Below, piece after piece: positions 59,209 through 64,000 of a stretch of 64,000 nucleotides of DNA (position 1 is its first letter; each line of letters begins with the position of its first letter). This DNA is from Mobula hypostoma (Eukaryota): the NCBI RefSeq assembly GCF_963921235.1, contig NC_086104.1, positions 20,770,001-20,834,000 on the forward strand. Reading direction: 5' to 3'. The position numbers were made by a program, and so were the translations under genes. Under the pieces are notes generated by a model. That model saw only the letters and a program-made list of their open reading frames with translations. It searched no databases and was not told the origin of the DNA.

Positions 59209-60199
59209 CTGAAATTTCAAAACAGTTTCATCAATTAACCCAAGTGAAAACTAATGAAATTAAAAATACTTATTTAAAATCAGTAACTAATATATTTGTT
59301 ACCTCCACAGGCACATAAGCAAAATTAAGCTTATCTTAAAATCAGTGAAATAAAGTATGTCTTCTTCCATCATTTTATTAATGCTAATCAAAATTAATTG
59401 TTTTGTAAAAGTCTGACAAAATTCTTTAAAAATCTTGCTTTAGTGATTTCTATTTTAAATGGAAACATATGAAAGAGGTGGTCATTTAGGCTCTTGTACC
59501 TTCTAAACCATACGGTAAACTTCATGACTGGTCTTTTATACTAGACATAGCAGTACAATATTTGAAGTTATCTGAGTAACACCAGGCTAAAAGGAACAGG
59601 GAATTTTAAATCTAGATCTCTAATTCCTAATCCATGCCTGATAACTCCCAATTTAAAAGGAATATTAATCAAGTTGCAAATGTACAACTTAGCTCCCAAA
59701 CAAACCACACGAAGTTTGCAAGTCTCGCTGTATGAGATGTGCGCAAAGAATTTGAAAGAAACCAGAAGACCTCTGAAAGTTCATTGATACAGCCCCCAAA
59801 AGGAATCAAGGGCAAACGCTGGGAGAGACATCAAACTGAACAATTTTTTCATCATTAGTGCTTATCCGAACAATTAATATAGATAAGGTATTAAGTCAGC
59901 AGTCTCAATATATTAGTAGGTCATATTAGTTACTCAGATCCTGTGTGAGAATGTTTAAAGCTAAGTGGATACCAGTCAGAACTTCCAATGACTTTCCATG
60001 TTATGACAATAGAAAAGAATGTGGCTTCCAAGCACAAGGTGAGTGAAAAGAATGTAAAATAGTAAAATCTCTTGTTTCAAATGAATAGCTCATATCCAAG
60101 TCGATGAAATGTGGTAAATACTACTAATGACAATTACATAATCAACGATTAGTAAATTTTAAAACAAATTGACATTTAATTAAGCAGAGCTACTGCATC

Positions 60200-60745
60200 A
60201 AGCACCTCCACTCCATCTGTCAAAAGTAGAACCTGACAGTGGCCAAACATTTGAATTCCTGTTCCCAATCCGACTATCAGTCCACGGCCTCCTCTTGTGC
60301 CATGATGAGGCCACCCTCAGGGTGGAGGAGCAACACCTTATATTCTGTCTAGGTAGTCTTCAACCTGATGGCATGAATATCAATTTCTCCTTCTGGTAAA
60401 AATGTTCCCGTCTCCCTACCCTCTTCTATTCTCCACTCTGGCCTCTTACCTCATCTCACATGCCTATCACCTCCCCCTGCATCCCCTCGTCCTATGGCCC
60501 ACTCTTCTCTCCTACCAGATTCCTTCCTCTCCAGCCCTTTTTCTTTTCTATCCACCTGGCTTCACCTATCACCTTCTAGCTACCTTTTTATTTTAGCATC
60601 TTCCCTCTTCCTTTCCAAACCTAAAGGGTCTCAGCCTAAAATGTCAGTCATTTATTCACTTCCATAGACGCTGTCTGACCTGCTGAGTTCCTCCAGCATT
60701 TTGTGTGTTGCTTTGGATTTTCAGCATCTGCAGAATTTTTTGTGA
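60200..60745 (+). mobile_element. PLE 3' fragment (endonuclease end + pseudo-LTR)
   Basis: Homologous to 55400-55975. Confidence 0.8.
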
Positions 60746-62189
60746 TCCTAATTTGATTATGCCTGCTCAGTGTTCCTAAACAACCTTAAATTCAGACTTT
60801 GAGTTGCACTCACTGCTGGAAAATTTCAATTATCCAGCACCCTTGGGATTTAGGTGGTGCCAGACTAGACTTTCCAAACTATTAGGTTAAAATCTCCGCA
60901 GATTTACTTCACTTTTTTAGTGCACCCATTACACAGCATGTATTTTTTTTTCTCTATGGACCCTGTCAGTTAAAGGGAGTGGGAAAGACAACAAGGTGAA
61001 TTTGAGCTTGTCAAAACAAGATACAAGCATTCCAGAACCTGGTTTCCAACCACAAATCAGCCCATATTCCTAGTGAAGTAGATGCTAAACCATCAGAATT
61101 TCTCAACAATTAAATAGCAGATGATTGGAGTTGTCTTGTGCTGTCCACCAATCAGCTGAGAATGATTATCAAGAATTCTAACCGAAAGTGAGCCCACCAA
61201 TCACCCAAAGCACAGCCGCAACTTCTATTATATAAATACTACATTCTATGTCAATTATTATTTTATTCGGTATGTTTTCTAGCAACTACAATCATGTTGT
61301 TAATCAGTCAAGCATTGTACATCTTTGACATGTATGCTTACCCAGCAAACAAGACTTTTTAAAATGACCTTCACTGTAAGCATCACACACCAAAGACCCA
61401 GTGAAACATCCTGCAAACTGATGTCTGAAAGGTCACACTGCTAGAACATCAGAAATGGAGTTTCTTGAAGAAGCCTTGGGATGAGAATTTTCTGATATTG
61501 TTCTTCTGCAAGACTTGGATCACCTTTTGTTGACAAATTACCACTAACCTTGTGCTAAAGTAGTAACAGTGGAAGACTTCAATTACCCAAGAATGAAGTC
61601 AGTGATAAAAACGGACGGCACAGGATTCCACAACTGTGCTCAGATGAATCTTTATAGACAACATATGGGAGGGAGGAAATTCTGCATTTAAGTTTACGGA
61701 ATGATACTGGGCAGCTGTAGGCAATGTCCATTGTAGTGGAAATCATAACTCAGTTAGTCTTAACATAATTATGGAAAAGGACCAAGATAAAATCGGGGAA
61801 AAGAATAGAAATGTTTCAGATTGTGTGAGGAATAGTTAGGATGGATGCATGTAGTCTTTTCCCCAGGGTAAGGGAATCCAAAACTATGGGGCATAGAGAT
61901 GAAAAAGCACAGATTTAAAAGGGACCTGGGGAGTAATTATCATTTATAATTCTACAGACTTTTTTAACAATACAAAAATGAGCTGAAATATTATAATTGC
62001 TGCAATGATAAAAATACTTTAAAACAAACTTTTGTATTATTAAAGTGAAACTTATAGCGCCTGTATATTGGTCAGACCAAAATAAATAAACAGCAACTGT
62101 CAAACTATTAAATTAAAAAAATGTTGAAAACCTGATCGCCATCAATGCTTAGGCAAGTAACTACAATTTATACCTGGTAAATTGTACAT

Positions 62190-62855
62190 ATTTTAGAAGC
62201 TATCAAGAATGCCACTTGACAAACAATTGGCGAGAGGAGAGATAGCAGCGCGCCACGCGTGCGCAGCCCTCCGGTGAAAAATGATATTGTATCCGTTAAA
62301 TAGAGGCCGTGGACAATTCTGATTTGATGGAGATAGATGTGAAAGCACAGAGGAACATCTGGAGAAATTTCTGAAATGCCAGTTCGCTGCTGTTGTTACT
62401 GTGCGGTCAGGAATCTTCCGGAGGGAAGGCCTCAAAATCCCTGGCTTTGCCTGCTGTTGGCAACTGAGATTGAGATCGAATCATTCGGACAGAGGCTGGC
62501 GCTCAGTACTCGGTTTTGGAGAGCTGATCGGAGCTCCAAGTTTTCAGATGAGTCTGAGTTGGACTGTAGTCGGGGATGGCAGGGAGAGTTTTTCTTCCTT
62601 CTCCTGTCTGTGTGAGATGTGGGACATTTGAGAGACTTTGAACTTTTTACTGTGCTCATGGACTTCTTCATCAAGTTATGGTATTGTTGCACTGTTGTAA
62701 CTATATGTTATAATTATGTGGTTTTGTTAGTTTCTTCAGTCTTGGTCTGTCCGGTGTTTTGTGATTTCACACTGGAGGAAATATGGTGTCATTTCTTAAT
62801 GCATGCATTACTAAATGACAATAAAAAGAGGACTGCGTGTCTTCATAATCTAAAT
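62190..62855 (+). mobile_element. Non-autonomous retroelement-like insertion
   Basis: CpG-rich 5' part, T-rich 3' part ending aataaa...cataatctaaat; boundaries approximate. Confidence 0.45.
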
Positions 62856-63404
62856 TTGTATCTCCCTTACTTTGCTTCACAGCATATTGTATCTCAATGC
62901 TTTGCAAGTTAAATTATTTCCCCCAAAAATGTAATTTATTCCACTTTTCAATAACGTCACTGATTAAATATTTAGCTGTGTCCAAAAGCAAAGATAATGA
63001 GTGTTTGAAGCTGTTATGTAGTTCAACTTTAGACATTCTCTCCATCAACAGCATTATACTGATCAACAGCTCTTCTGGTCAAGATGGCACCTAAGTACAA
63101 CACTTCTTTTTCGACATCTTCTGTATAGATCATGAAACCATATATTTCACTTCTTATGTCTTTTACGTTTGCTTTTCGACTTGAATGTGATTCTGGAACT
63201 GCTGGAGCATGTGATTTGCAATTTGGAAATCGTTTGGATGCACCAGTACTCTGCGGTCTCCGAGAGGATTCTGGGAGGCAGAGGCAGCAAGAACGAACCT
63301 CATGGTGGGCAGGCTGCAGGACGGCACACAAGCCAAAGTTAGTCTCTATTTTGCCGATTAAAGCTTCCATTGTTCGCTGATTAAAACAATGAGGGAGGTT
63401 GAAA

Positions 63405-64000
63405 TATCTTTATAATTTTTATTGAGTTTTCAAAGTAAATACATAGGAAAATAATAACTACCTTCCCTCTCCCCTTAACCCTCCCCCCCCCGATATATAC
63501 TCCTACCTAAAAAGAAAAGAAAAAAAAGGAACCGCCTGAGTATTGGAAGGTTTGCACATGCTCCATGGGATTAAAAATAAATTTTATATATATTTGTTAC
63601 TTTCCCCAAGGAACCAAGATCTTTATCATCGGAGCTGTAAATAAGGCCTCCAAATATTCAAGAATGTTTCATATTTATCTCCTAAAATCTAAAACATTAC
63701 TTAGCTTCTCAACTCTCATAGTTCCCTGGGGAATCTCTTTGAACTTCACCATGTTGCTATGTGTTTCCCTCCCAATCATCCAGGCAAAAAGGGAAAAAAG
63801 ATAGATAAGATACAAAAAAAGAAAAAACAACAACAAAATACCCCCCCACTAATGTTGTGACTGAAAAGATACACAACACTACCCCCCTCCATTGTGCAGG
63901 TCGTGGCTATTGCCACGTTTGCACACATGAATAACGTAGTGATTGGTCAGTGTTTCTTCCAACTCCCCCGTAACAAAAAATTGTATATATATAAGAAAAA
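63405..64000 (-). mobile_element. Probable L1/Tx1-type LINE 3' region
   Basis: tttttattg (AATAAA on minus) followed by C-rich/A-rich blocks; no clear ORF. Confidence 0.4.

Noticed and set aside
63345-63375. MEAL peptide suggesting the BIRC6 exon ending TPMEALLQTR
   Set aside because: Flanking residues and splice sites do not fit; that exon is probably beyond the window.

Overview
Eukaryotic (vertebrate) genomic DNA, most likely from a cartilaginous fish. A ray is my inference from the repeat families present. The whole window lies inside one large gene on the minus strand, BIRC6 (BRUCE/Apollon, the giant IAP/E2-E3). I traced 30 consecutive internal coding exons from 59208 down to 2743. All have GT-AG boundaries and matching phases, totalling 5502 nt (about 1834 codons) of the central part of the protein. 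The BIR/WD40 N-terminus and the UBC C-terminus lie outside the window. The introns are filled with transposable elements: CR1, Rex1/Babar and RTE LINEs, Penelope-like elements (PLEs), Tigger/pogo, hAT and Harbinger DNA transposons, and a probable solo LTR. The most interesting signals are four. (1) PLE pseudo-LTRs carry minimal type-I hammerhead ribozyme motifs; one copy has an intact core (14396-14431, + strand). (2) A recurring class of 170-240 bp fold-back PLE insertions, from two unrelated families, is centred on the hammerhead and flanked by 10-15 bp target-site duplications. (3) A nested TE stack (Rex1/Babar > hAT > solo LTR + young CR1) sits at 36.7-44.3 kb. (4) There is a candidate 6-nt in-frame microexon at 31462-31467. 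There is one 160-N assembly gap (9238-9397). No prokaryotic-type systems, CRISPR arrays, tRNA or rRNA genes were seen. Family assignments come from motif recognition only; no database search was run.
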